Shown: positions 9,133-20,076 of the stretch, piece by piece
Numbering within the stretch: position 1 is the first letter of the stretch
Layout: every line of letters begins with the position of its first letter
Source of the DNA: Picochlorum sp. SENEW3
Lineage: Eukaryota
NCBI GenBank assembly: GCA_034226945.1
Contig: CP120460.1
Location: 62,001 to 126,000, forward strand
DNA length: 64,000 bases
Reading direction: 5' to 3'
The notes under the pieces: model-generated
What the model was told of the DNA's origin: nothing
Seen by the model: only the letters and a program-made list of their open reading frames with translations
Database searches by the model: none
Program-made: the position numbers and the translations under genes

Positions 9133-10766
9133 ATGAGAAAGCACTGTTCCATCTGTGCCCTTCTGGTGACTCTTCTAGGTACGTGCCCACCTCGGACGGA
9201 GGATTGCAGTCGTGGATTCGTGGTGTTTTGATAAATATAGAATTTATATATATATATACAGGTCTAGCTCAGGTGAACCTGTCAGCAGCCATGGATCTAC
9301 GCTCTCCTGGGGTCATGAGTCTAGACTGGAGTTATGCAGGGCGTGGTGCTGGATCGGATGACTCTGCATACATCCCATCAAAACGGGTTGACATCAGGGA
9401 TTTTGGTGCCAGAATTAATGGTGTTACGGATGATTCGCGCGCAATTCAGGATGCAATTGACAACTGCGAATTTTCCGGAGGTGGGGTTGTGGAATTACCT
9501 CCAGGGACCATACTGCTGGAGGACCAAATCACCATAAGGTCATCCAATATCATACTACTGGGTGCTGGAAAAAATGAAACCATCATTAAAATTCCACATT
9601 CCTTGAAGTATTATGACCTCCAAGCGGGCACAGATGACGACACCTATTCCAGATCCAAGGGTTTCATTCAAATCAAAGGACGGAGGATCAGGAGTGGCCG
9701 TGGGAGTACCTATGCTACAGACGTCGTGAGCAATGCCAAAGCTGGCTACCGAGCACTGCAAGTCAGAGACACTTCAAAATTTTACATCGGGCAGTGGGTG
9801 AGGCTGTATATGAGCGACCCAAAAAGTGGGCCGGTCAAGAGCTCGCTGCTGGGGAACATGTACTACAACCCAAACAGGAGGCACGACTGCGGCGAAGACT
9901 GCCTATGGAGGCTGCAAGGTCATAAAGACATGGTTCGATTCATGTCAAAAATATCAGAAGTTCGTTACAACGAGATTGTCTTGGAGAGAGAACTCCCAGT
10001 GGATGTCAGGACAAACTGGAAACCAAGAATCCATATCGTGGACAAGCATGATGTTCCCCAGAATTGTGGCGTTCAAGGCTTTACGGTAGATTTCCGCTGG
10101 ATTAGGTCCAAAGAGCATTTGAACGAGGCCGGTCATAATGCGATTGTGCTTGAGGAGACAGCTTTTTCCTGGGTTCGAGATGTTGCCGTGGTGAACGCTG
10201 ATCTGAATTTTGTCATCAGATATTCCAATTTTGTATCGGTCACTGAAGTGGAGGCCCGTGTCACGAAAGATAGGAGCAATAAAAAATCTAAAGGAAAACA
10301 AGGGCATATTGCCATTGGAATTCACGACAGTTGTGACATTTATGTATCCGAGTTTGATGTGCAAGACACATGGTGGCATGATCTTTCAGTAAGGGCTTCG
10401 ATGCTTTCTGTGTTCAGAAACGGCAAGGGAGCAAATATCAACATGGATCTTCATAAATCAGCACCGTACATGATGCTGTACACGGATATCTATCTCGGCA
10501 AGGGAACCAGGGCTTTCACTACTGGGGGAAAGAGTGGCACAGGAATGCCAAGCGCTGGATACACAACTTTCTGGAACATAAGGAAGGAAGGTGGGGAGCC
10601 CATTGAATTGCCTGGGTGCTCATATGGCCCATATTTGAATTTTGTTGGGAATTTTGAGGGAAAGAGGTGCCAAGGGCACACTTTGAGAAAGGATGAAGAA
10701 ACATACCCCAAGGATTTGTTTGTGGCTCAAATAAAAAAGAGACGAAAACGTCTTGCTTTGAAATAA
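9133..10766 (+). CDS. Secreted beta-helix protein (pectate-lyase-3/GH28-like superfamily), paralog 2; intron 9179-9261
   Basis: Signal-peptide exon MRKHCSICALLVTLL, then DWSYAG...DIRDFGA..GVTDDSRAIQDAID...GGGVVELPPG. Collinear with paralog 1 (GQWVRL, GHI.IG, HD.SVR, D.H.SAPY, YTT..NIR). Confidence 0.8.
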
Positions 10767-10940
10767 TGCAACGCACAGCATTAACACGATCTCAAGCAGG
10801 TATTAAGGTTAATAATAAAGCACAATTTTTCTTTGTAGGAGCCTAGTAAGGCCATGTGCGCATGTCAACAGATTTCTCTTTAAATGCATACTGTCAATGT
10901 AAATATCAACATTTATGGTTTGTCCTAATTGCATATTCGA

Positions 10941-12867
10941 TCAATCTGTCGGTCCAGAAGAAAAGATTGTCCTCTGTTTATGCTCCTTGAGTTTCATCTC
11001 CAAGACATTCTCAAATATAGATGGGGTGAGCACAGACTCATGCGAACCATACACTGCAGCTTGTACTGATGCCATGAATTTTGCCAATTCTCTCCCAGAA
11101 AAACCGCTCGTTTTTTCAGCGGCATCCCACAGCATCTGTTCCGTTACACCGTTGACGCGAATCTCATCTGCCTTTGATTTTCTTCTCAGGATGAAATTCT
11201 TAACTCTCTCAGAGAATGAGACTGCTGGTCCTGCAGTCGCATGTGTGATGTACTTGTCAAAGTATATGTCAATGATCTTTTTTCTTTCCTCCAAAGAAGG
11301 AAGCCCAAATTCCAAAGCCTCATCCATTCTATCAATGACTGCAGGGTCGAGGTCTGATGGTCGATTTGTTGCAAGGACTACACAAAAGTCCTTCGACTGG
11401 TCTCCTGTCCTGAAAAGCATTGCATTGAGTGCACCTCTCAGGCCTTCACTCATATTCCCACTTCTCCTTCCCAAAAATGCATCAGCTTCATCAATGAACA
11501 GCAACAAGCCTTTTCTTGATTTCTCTGCCCAATCAAATGTTTCGTGCAATTGAGTCACAGCACCGCCCTGTAAAGGGGCAACATCGCCTCCACTCAGAAT
11601 AGCGTAATCTAAACCTGAAGTTCGCGCCAGTCTTTTTGCTGCCATGGTCTTTCCTGTACCAGGAGGGCCGTAAAACAACATGTGCCTGAATGGTGCACCG
11701 TGTCTTTTTGTGTTTGAGGTGACAGCTGCCAATGCTCGGACATGATCCTGCAATTTAGGCTGCAGAACAATATCACCGAAGTCTTTCTTTACTTCTCCCA
11801 GAGATTTACCAACAGAAACAGACCCTTTCCCTATCAACGGCTTCCTTGAGGTTTCCCGGACTAGTTTTGGCGTTCCAAACCATTTCTCAAAGGCTTTGCC
11901 TGCGACACGAGTTGCTTCCCGAGATGAGTATACCCCCAGTGCAAGAAGGGACAATCCTCCCACCAGAGAGACCAACTTGGTGCTATCTGTTAGGAGATCC
12001 TTTGCACCAGCGCCCATGTTCGTGAATATCGCATTGATTGTCTCAATGGCCCTTTTCCTGTCTTCCTCCAACTTCAAGGACAGCTCTCTCCGATAAATAT
12101 CCTCATTGGCTCTCCTTTCTTTCGCTCTCCCTTCTGCCTCTGCCAAAGCTCTCTCTCTTTGGACCGTCTTCTCCATATCTGCTCTATACTTCTCAGTAGC
12201 ACGCCTCTCTGCCTCTATCTGTGCTGCAACAGCAGCCTTCTGCTCCTCCTGACGCCGTGCACTCTCCTCTTGGAAGCGAACCATTTCCATATTCCTTTGT
12301 CTTTGCTTCTCATGCTCCGCTTCGGCCCTCTTTCTCGCCAACTCGTCATTATACTGTGCCAGCTGTGCTTTTGTCTGTGCATCCTGCTGCATAGCCTTTC
12401 TTTGCTCCTCCCACTTGATTCTCTCATGCTCTATGGCAGCCTTCTCAGTGGCAGCCTTGAACTCTGCCTCTTTTACCTTGAGCTCCTGCTGCTTGGTCTG
12501 CTCCTGCGTTTTGATCTGGTCGAAAACTCGCTTGGCATAAGGAGAGTTCTGTATTTCCCTCAGAGCCTGCAAAAGCACCCAGAATGTCATCGTCACAAAC
12601 CCATCCTTACAATATACTAAGAATTCGAATCCATAAACATAATCACACAATCATCGGCGTGTCTCGGAATCACTGGTTGAAGCAAATCAGTGGCCATGAC
12701 AAAAATAACCCATGCCATACCTTTGCTCCACGTTCAAGAGCATCCGGGTCAAAATATTTATCCTTGTCAGATGCGCAATGTATGAGACTACTGGACCCCC
12801 CGATAAGTCCTGAACTCCCCACCAGAGCAGAAGCACAAGCAGTGCCAAGTCTGTAGATGTTTGACAT
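10941..12867 (-). CDS. ATAD3: ATPase family AAA domain-containing protein 3 (mitochondrial); intron 12567-12720
   Basis: FDPDALERGAK|ALRE across the splice; coiled coil; PKLVRETSR; Walker A GPPGTGKT; Walker B FIDEAD; LATNRP. Confidence 0.93.
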
Positions 12868-12987
12868 GGCGGCACACTGTTCTACGATTGAAAGGGTGAC
12901 CTACTCTAACATCTAAATTACATTAATAACGATGACGAAATCAGCTCGATGTCAAATCCTGTGCCAGCATTGTAGAACATCAACGCA

Positions 12988-14505
12988 TCAGCCATGCTGG
13001 GGACATCCACCCTTGCCAAAATGGGCTCCACTCCTTCTTCGAGGAAGTATTTGTCGACACCTGGAGCAATAATACTGCGCACAACTCCAGCAATGAATGT
13101 GATTGTTTCCTGCAATCCGGAAATTGCATTGGCCGCAATTGGGGCAGTATGTCCTGGTATGGTGCTGCAGCGGTGGAGGGAGTGCAGCCTCTGCAGGCTG
13201 TTCCTGGCCACCCATGAGTTCCCATTGCCTTTCCCATCGCAGAATCTCCTGATGATCAAATAGCACGCAATTCTTTCCATCTTTGTAATGGTCATATCCC
13301 ACGTCTGAGATGTCTGCGCCACATTTGTAGCAGAAAAAGCATCCACAGTTTGCACAAATCATCTTGTTGCAGCCCTGGACCTTGTGGATCGCCATGCCGC
13401 ACGCCGGGCATGATTTGCTTGTCTTTCGAATTTCAATCAAGTTTTGGTACTCTTGCTCTTTCCGTCGAAGATCTGCGACCGCTGACCTCCCTCCCCCAGC
13501 AGCCTTCTTCCGAAGAATCTCCAACTTGGTTTCAGGACCAACACACTCTATCCCTGGGTGCCGACCCTCCTCACACAGTGTACAAAATACAAAAAAACAT
13601 TTAGGACAATCCGCTGAATTATCTTCAGTGTCTTCGATGGACACTGAGGAGCACCGAGGACAGTAAGCTGCATCTGGCATGGCAGACAGAAACTTGTTCA
13701 GGGTGATATCTTGCCAACGCTCAAACATGTCGGTATCAACAAGTATTTGAACCTCATGGGGTTCCAGCATGTCTCTGCAATCGACATTAGCACATCGTAT
13801 TGATTCTACATCTCCCTCTGTGATACTAATTTGCAGCTGGGACTGCAGGCATGATGTGCAAAAATAATGCCCACAGTGGAGAGTTGTACACCGAGACCCT
13901 GGCAACTCTTCATAACAAATACTGCATGTGTGCATGCCATCAGCAAATAAATCATTCTCCCTTGCACTTGTATATTGTAATAAAAGTCGAACGGCGTCGT
14001 CAGATGGCACTTGAATACTCTGCAGATCCCTCCCTGATTCGACCAACATGCTCCGTACATGCTCACAGCATGCAAAAAGAATCGGCGATCCATCCAACTC
14101 CCATGCGTTCAGATCCTCTTCAATCCTAGAAGTCATAGCATCGCCCAACCAGCAAGAGGACACCCGAAACCTGGGGCCTGCATGGTCAGGGTACCCAGGC
14201 TGCATGCTAGCCTCAACCCTCACAGGTGGCAGATGCTGAATAGTAGCCACCACAGCATTGCCAGCTACACGCTCATCACCTCTAGATATTTCTATTCCTC
14301 CACAGGGAACCTCCACCTCTATGTCGATCTCGCAAGTGATGCTCCATGCATTCGGCACTGGTTCCAAACCCCTCAACCTCTCAACCAGACAGGCTTCCAC
14401 CTCTTCATCTCCCAGCACACCATCGACATGGAAACTGAACCTGTCCTCTCCGTAAATAGATTGCAATGCCTCCACCTCATCAAGCTGATCCCACCAACCC
14501 GACAT
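12988..14505 (-). CDS. RWD-RBR E3 ubiquitin ligase (RNF14-like)
   Basis: RWD domain (EVEALQSIY, HLPP, YP), RING1 (CSIC..CGHYFC..C), IBR (CPRC..CPKC..FC..C..HPG..C), RING2 (CPAC..GCNKM.C..C..FC..C). Confidence 0.9.
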   Translation of the reverse strand: MSGWWDQLDEVEALQSIYGEDRFSFHVDGVLGDEEVEACLVERLRGLEPVPNAWSITCEIDIEVEVPCGGIEISRGDERVAGNAVVATIQHLPPVRVEASMQPGYPDHAGPRFRVSSCWLGDAMTSRIEEDLNAWELDGSPILFACCEHVRSMLVESGRDLQSIQVPSDDAVRLLLQYTSARENDLFADGMHTCSICYEELPGSRCTTLHCGHYFCTSCLQSQLQISITEGDVESIRCANVDCRDMLEPHEVQILVDTDMFERWQDITLNKFLSAMPDAAYCPRCSSVSIEDTEDNSADCPKCFFVFCTLCEEGRHPGIECVGPETKLEILRKKAAGGGRSAVADLRRKEQEYQNLIEIRKTSKSCPACGMAIHKVQGCNKMICANCGCFFCYKCGADISDVGYDHYKDGKNCVLFDHQEILRWERQWELMGGQEQPAEAALPPPLQHHTRTYCPNCGQCNFRIAGNNHIHCWSCAQYYCSRCRQILPRRRSGAHFGKGGCPQHG

Positions 14506-14919
14506 CCTGGTGGAGTTACACTGAGCACCGAATCAACTGAATACCCAATCCTATGGCGACAAGACTCCCACCACACCACCCAACCAATAGAGGAATCCCT
14601 ATCCCATACAATACATCAGGAACCGTATCTGTAGCCCAGTACTTTCCTGTCTCTATGGTATCAACTATAAATGGCTGCATTCAGCAATGGACACAAACTC
14701 AGGTTCATCCCGTGGTTCCCTCATGTATAGTCTTTCCTATTTAAAAATACAAGACATCCCTCTCTGTATTGACGAATGCCAAGAACACCCACGCACCGTC
14801 CCGAGAATCCAAATCGAGTATGCCGCATACACCAAACAAATGACAAAAAGCAAGACTTTGGGACGCATTCATACATACTACAGGTATTATTGGTAAAAAT
14901 ATCACTCTGAAGTCAACAA

Positions 14920-15516
14920 TTAATTAGTGTGGGTTACAGTCATGCACTGAGGTATCTGGCGAATGAGACAGCGAAGGAAACAAAAGTGATCTTCCAAGGA
15001 AAATACAAGTGGCACATGGACGAAAACCGATACTGCTCCTTTACCCTGTAACGCAGCAGAACAAAGGGATTTGTAGTATAGGTAATTGCACACATATCTA
15101 CCTGGATCTGTAGATGGCTGCACAGGAAAATCCTGCAGCCTTTCAATCAGTCTCTCCACACAAAGTGTTGTCTGCACACATGCACCCAATGGGGCATCGT
15201 TCGAAATGCGCTCATGGACTGGTTGATATCCTCTTGCATCTGGAATCCTAAATGTAGCTTCGTTATATGCGCATGACTCAATCTTGTAGCAATCGCTGGT
15301 TTCACAGACACCCAGATGGAGAAATACAGCATCATCCCATGCAGTGTGGCTCAACCACTCGTCTACATCCTGGGCTGAGACTGGTATGACTGATGTAAAG
15401 ACACTGTGATCCTCCAGGGATAGTTTCTCCACGAGTGCCTGGGTGGGATTCTTGGTTACCGACCCAAATGGGCCAAAGCCAGTCACTATGAGGGGTGTTG
15501 TCTTCTTCTCTCCCAT
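14920..15516 (-). CDS. Pyroglutamyl peptidase I (peptidase C15)
   Basis: VTGFGPFG..NPT, HLGV, E..AYN, DPGRYVCNYLYY, FVHVP (Glu-Cys-His triad). Likely start is ATG 15516. Confidence 0.9.
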   Translation of the reverse strand: MGEKKTTPLIVTGFGPFGSVTKNPTQALVEKLSLEDHSVFTSVIPVSAQDVDEWLSHTAWDDAVFLHLGVCETSDCYKIESCAYNEATFRIPDARGYQPVHERISNDAPLGACVQTTLCVERLIERLQDFPVQPSTDPGRYVCNYLYYKSLCSAALQGKGAVSVFVHVPLVFSLEDHFCFLRCLIRQIPQCMTVTHTN

Positions 15517-15767
15517 GATGATCCTCACAGCGAAGAGACAGGTACTCTCTTTTAGTAGTATATTGGTAAAATTACATGTATGTATGGTACCATGCAAGTA
15601 TAAGAGGATTGTACCTGTTTTTGAAAAGTGGACACTTTTGAATAGCCAGTATCTGTGTCGATGTATCAAGCTATGATACCACTATCACCAGTTATAAAAT
15701 AGATATTTATATTTATAATCATAGATTACACGCCTGTGATTGTCTAATCGGTTGTATTTTGTCCGAG

Positions 15768-16832
15768 ATGGCATGCTGTGGGGTAGCGGCGACCCAGCTG
15801 TGCCTGTACGACGACCTACCAGTGGCACGAGAAGGGTTTACAGAGCCAGGGATGCTGACCATGTACGAGAGATTCTGGAAAGGATGCGATTGGGAGCTCT
15901 TTATTGTGCCAGAGTATCATGGTGGGGGCGTGGAGCAGCAGTGGAAGGTTCATGCTGGCTCTGCACCCAAATCCCATGCAGCAGTATACGAATTTGCTGT
16001 GTCGGCGCGGGCATGTCCTCATGCCAGGATTCCAGTCTATGTTGGAGAGAGTACAAATGTACAGAACAGGCATCGGGATTATGGAAAAGATGGGAGTTCG
16101 TTGCGAGAGTATTTTGATGAGGTGGTTGGCAAGCAGAGGCTTTTGTTGTGGAGACGAATTAGGTATGTGCGGGATAAAGGACAGGCCGAGAGGTGGGAAG
16201 CTCGATTCCTCATATCCTATGACTACGCGTGGAATGCAAAACTCAACATGGCAAAGAGGAATATCCAGGTCTCTCTGCATTCCTGCATGTGGTGTTGTAT
16301 GCTGGGTGTGCTTGTGCAAAGCTCTCCACGTGGTCGTAGTACCACGCAAGCAGTAATTCTATCCAAACCTGTGGCTGCAGCAGTATGGTATACACACCTG
16401 TTGTGCTGCATGGTCCAGACTATCGCGAGCGTGTCCATGATATCCATCGTGGCAATCCACCTCAGTCGTGATGCAGAATGTGCACTCACCAAACCGTATG
16501 CGTGTTCGTACACATATGCTGTCGGGGCTGTCAATATAGCTTCAAGTATGGGTTTGCTCCTAATCTTGGCATTAGGCCGTTCACCAGCGCCGCGAGGTCT
16601 CTGGGTCACAGGATTTGTGTGCCTCCTAGGCATGTGTGTCTGGATGTTGGCATTCTCAATCATCTTTACTGGCGCACAGACAACCGCAGTCAGCACTACT
16701 TCATGGAAGATTGCAGTCGAAATCATGGGTTGGGTGTCTTTAGGTTCCTGGATTGTTCAAAGTTGTGCATGGCTGTTGAACACCATGCTGTTGTGTCGGG
16801 GAAACCCATGTACCTGCGCCAGTCCCGTATGA
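15768..16832 (+). CDS. GIY-YIG domain (Effector of Transcription type) fused to a C-terminal 4-TM MARVEL-like region
   Basis: DWELF..AVYEFAV..VYVGESTNVQNRHRDYGKDG..AERWEARFLISYDYAWN..N..R, followed by four hydrophobic helices. Confidence 0.7.
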   Translation: MACCGVAATQLCLYDDLPVAREGFTEPGMLTMYERFWKGCDWELFIVPEYHGGGVEQQWKVHAGSAPKSHAAVYEFAVSARACPHARIPVYVGESTNVQNRHRDYGKDGSSLREYFDEVVGKQRLLLWRRIRYVRDKGQAERWEARFLISYDYAWNAKLNMAKRNIQVSLHSCMWCCMLGVLVQSSPRGRSTTQAVILSKPVAAAVWYTHLLCCMVQTIASVSMISIVAIHLSRDAECALTKPYACSYTYAVGAVNIASSMGLLLILALGRSPAPRGLWVTGFVCLLGMCVWMLAFSIIFTGAQTTAVSTTSWKIAVEIMGWVSLGSWIVQSCAWLLNTMLLCRGNPCTCASPV

Positions 16833-16926
16833 TTAAACTCTGGTAGACTACTAATGATAAAACCATACTCATAATGAATTTAGATATGAATGGGTTATAG
16901 TCAATTTAATGACACGTGATTCTAGA

Positions 16927-18962
16927 ATGGGGGATACGAAGACAGAAGACACCGTACCGAAACTGTTGTTTCAAAAATGGCAGGTTGGTTTTCTTTGCGA
17001 CCTTCGTGACGTACTATAACTGTGTAGTATGACAACTATATGTTTATGCAGTATATTTTTGAGCCTGCATTCTGGTCTCAGTTGGGAGACTACAAACTTC
17101 ATACGCTTGCCCTGAGCGACGAGCCTCACGACATAGTTGGCTATTACAATCCTTTTCATTCATATCAATCCCCCGTCATGTACCTGGATGCACAGCATGA
17201 GGGATACAGATGGTCTGGTTCTTCTGCTGTTCCCTCATCCATGTGTGCCTGTCCTGGGACTGTGGTGTGTTTGAATACCAGGGAGTCTCTGTGTTCGGGT
17301 GACGTCAAGTCCTACAGTGCTCCCATTGCACAAGGCATGTGGGATTCGATTGTGGATGGGCAAAGTCTGCGTACACCGAGTTCGCTCTGTCATTTTATAC
17401 TGCTGGTGTACTGTGATTTGAAGTCGTACAAGTACTATTACAGGATTGCATCTCCTGTGCTGCAGCCGAGGGAGGGTGTATGCATTGCCTCATCGCAGTC
17501 CCTGGTTGGCTTGGATCCTGGGGCATGCCGTGTTCTCGAGTCCATGTTTCGGGACAGGTCTGGTATTCCATGTTATCTTTTAGTGCGCAATGACTCGGGG
17601 TGGAAGTCTGTCGCGTTGGATGAGATGCAGCAATCAAATGGGTGGGGGGATTCTCAGAAGGAACACGTTCACGTGGTCTTTTGGGACTCGTGTGGGAGAC
17701 AAGAATATCCAGGATGGGCTTTGAGAAACATGCTCGTGCTTATCGCGTACCAATTTAAACTCAGAAATGTTTCAGTACTGTGTATGAGGTCAGATTCGAA
17801 ATCTATCAAGTACGATATGAGCATGAGATGTGATGTGCTTTTGCCAGTTGTGTCTAGCATGGATGATGTCAAGGTTGTTCACGCATGGGAGGCATTGCAC
17901 GTGGTCGACTTGGGACAGTCTCTTGATCCAAAACAGCTTGCAGTATCTGCTGTTGATTTGAACATTCAATTGATGAAGTGGAGGGCACTGCCTTCCCTGG
18001 ACACAAAGGCCTTGTCACAAAAGAAGTGCCTTCTTCTTGGAGCTGGTACGCTGGGGTGCTCGGTTGCCAGGACTCTTTTGGGGTGGGGTGTACAGCACAT
18101 TACTTTTGTCGATAATGGTCGAGTGTCCTTTTCAAATCCGGTGAGACAGTCTCTCTTCACGTATCATGACTGTCTCGATGGTGGGAGATGCAAGGCAGAG
18201 GCTGCGGCTGCAGCGGTAAGGGATATACATCCTTGTGTTCATGCCACAGGCGTACAGCTGGATATACCCATGCCTGGTCACGTTGCATCTGAAGAGGAAA
18301 CGAGAGAAAATAGTAAAACTTTAGCAGCATTGATTGAAGCGCATGATGTCGTGTTTTTATTATTGGACACCAGAGAGGCTCGTTGGGCACCGACAGTCTT
18401 GGGCACTGCTATGAACAAGATTACGATAACTGCTGCATTGGGTTTCGATAGTTACCTTGTCATGAGACATGGATCAAATTCACCGCAGAAATTAGGGTGC
18501 TATTTTTGCAATGATATCGTTGCTCCGAGAAACTCGACCAAGGATCGCAGCATGGATCAACAATGTACAGTTGCCCGACCTGGGTTGAGCGGTATTTGCG
18601 GTAGCCTCGCAGTAGAGTTAGTAGCAAGCATTCTCCAACACCCTCTTGGATACAATGCACCGGCATCGACGTCTCCAGAGGATGCATCCTCACCCCTTGG
18701 CAAGGTTCCACACATGATTAGAGGAGCACTGACTGGCTTCTCACAGGAATGCTTTGTGGGTTCAGCATTTGATCTGTGCCCTGCTTGTGGACCGCGTATC
18801 ATATCTGACTATCGATCTAGAAAAGAGGAGATGATATTGGATGCCATAAAGGATGTAGACTACCTGGAGAGGGTGAGTGGACTTTTGGACCATGTCTACA
18901 GGGAAACCACCCATGCTGCACCAGATGTGGGGGATGATGACGAGGATTGGACAGAATTATAA
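16927..18962 (+). CDS. ATG7: Ubiquitin-like modifier-activating enzyme ATG7; intron 16984-17051
   Basis: PGWALRN, DLNIQLMKWR, GAGTLGC, SNPVRQSL, LGCYFCND, catalytic DQQCTV.RPG. Confidence 0.96.
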
Positions 18963-19059
18963 ACAACAACATACAAAATATCTGTTTCGACATAGAATGT
19001 CAATGATAGAAGTGTAATACATTGCAACGGCGCTTCTGGAGGTTTGAAAGGGTTTCCCA

Positions 19060-20025
19060 ATGAACTTGGCTCAATCTATTGAAACGCACGTCCCTATGAT
19101 AGATTTATGTCATCCCAAGAGTTCAGATGAGGAAATAGCAGCGATTGTAAGGGACGCAGCCATAAAGCATGGGTTCTTTGCTGTAACTGGACATTCTGTT
19201 CCGAAGGAAGTCATTTCGAGACACGTCGCGGTGCAAAAGCAGTTTTTCAGCCTTCCGCTGGAGAAGAAGATGCAAATATCTGTTAATAAAAGCAATTGTG
19301 GGTATACTGTGATAGGAGAGGAGACATTGGACGTAGAAGGCTCGACGGTTGATACCCGGGAAGGCCTGTACTATCGGCGGTCTTCTCCAGGGAATCCCCT
19401 CGATGGACAGAACCAATGGCCTGGCGAGGAAGATGTACCCGGGTATCGCTCTGCTGTAGAAAGATATATGGATGAGCTGACAAAACTTGGGTATCGCTTG
19501 TTGGAGTTGGTGTCTTTGTCGCTTGGATTTGACAAGTCATACCTGAATGCATTCTTCAAAGAGCCCATGATCACGCTGCGACCATTAAAGTATCAACCTG
19601 TGGATTCGGATGAGCGTGCAGGGATCTATGGCGCTGGGAAACATACCGATTATGGATGCTTGACCATACTGTATGCTCCTCAACCAGGGCTGCAGATTTT
19701 TCAAAAGGGGGAATGGGTGGCAATTGATCCATTGCAAGATGGGTTTGTGATCAATATTGGGGACATGCTCGAGTATTGGACCTGCGGGTTGTACAAGAGT
19801 ACGATTCACAGGGTGATGACGGGGCATGAGAAGGAAAGATATTCATTCCCCTTCTTTTTTGAGCCACAATTTGATGCTCAAATTCAACCTCTGCCAGGGT
19901 ATTTGCCAGAGGGAGGGGCACAAAAGTACCCACCAATCACGTCTGGGGAATATCTCCTCCAAAAGTATGCAAAAACGCACGCAGAATTTTCAAAGACAAT
20001 GGAAAATTCGCAAAATGTTATGTAA
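19060..20025 (+). CDS. 2-oxoglutarate/Fe(II)-dependent dioxygenase (DIOX_N + 2OG-FeII_Oxy)
   Basis: HGFF..GH, HTDYG (HxD), NIGDML..W..G.YKSTIHRV, RYS.PFF. Confidence 0.92.
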   Translation: MNLAQSIETHVPMIDLCHPKSSDEEIAAIVRDAAIKHGFFAVTGHSVPKEVISRHVAVQKQFFSLPLEKKMQISVNKSNCGYTVIGEETLDVEGSTVDTREGLYYRRSSPGNPLDGQNQWPGEEDVPGYRSAVERYMDELTKLGYRLLELVSLSLGFDKSYLNAFFKEPMITLRPLKYQPVDSDERAGIYGAGKHTDYGCLTILYAPQPGLQIFQKGEWVAIDPLQDGFVINIGDMLEYWTCGLYKSTIHRVMTGHEKERYSFPFFFEPQFDAQIQPLPGYLPEGGAQKYPPITSGEYLLQKYAKTHAEFSKTMENSQNVM

Positions 20026-20076
20026 TGATATGCAACATAGAAGAGCAAAGGTCCTTTTGATGGTCACTCTGGAAAA

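Noticed and set aside
14553..14896. Possible small gene between RNF14-like and pyroglutamyl peptidase
   Set aside because: Short ORFs with no homology cue and no clean splice model.
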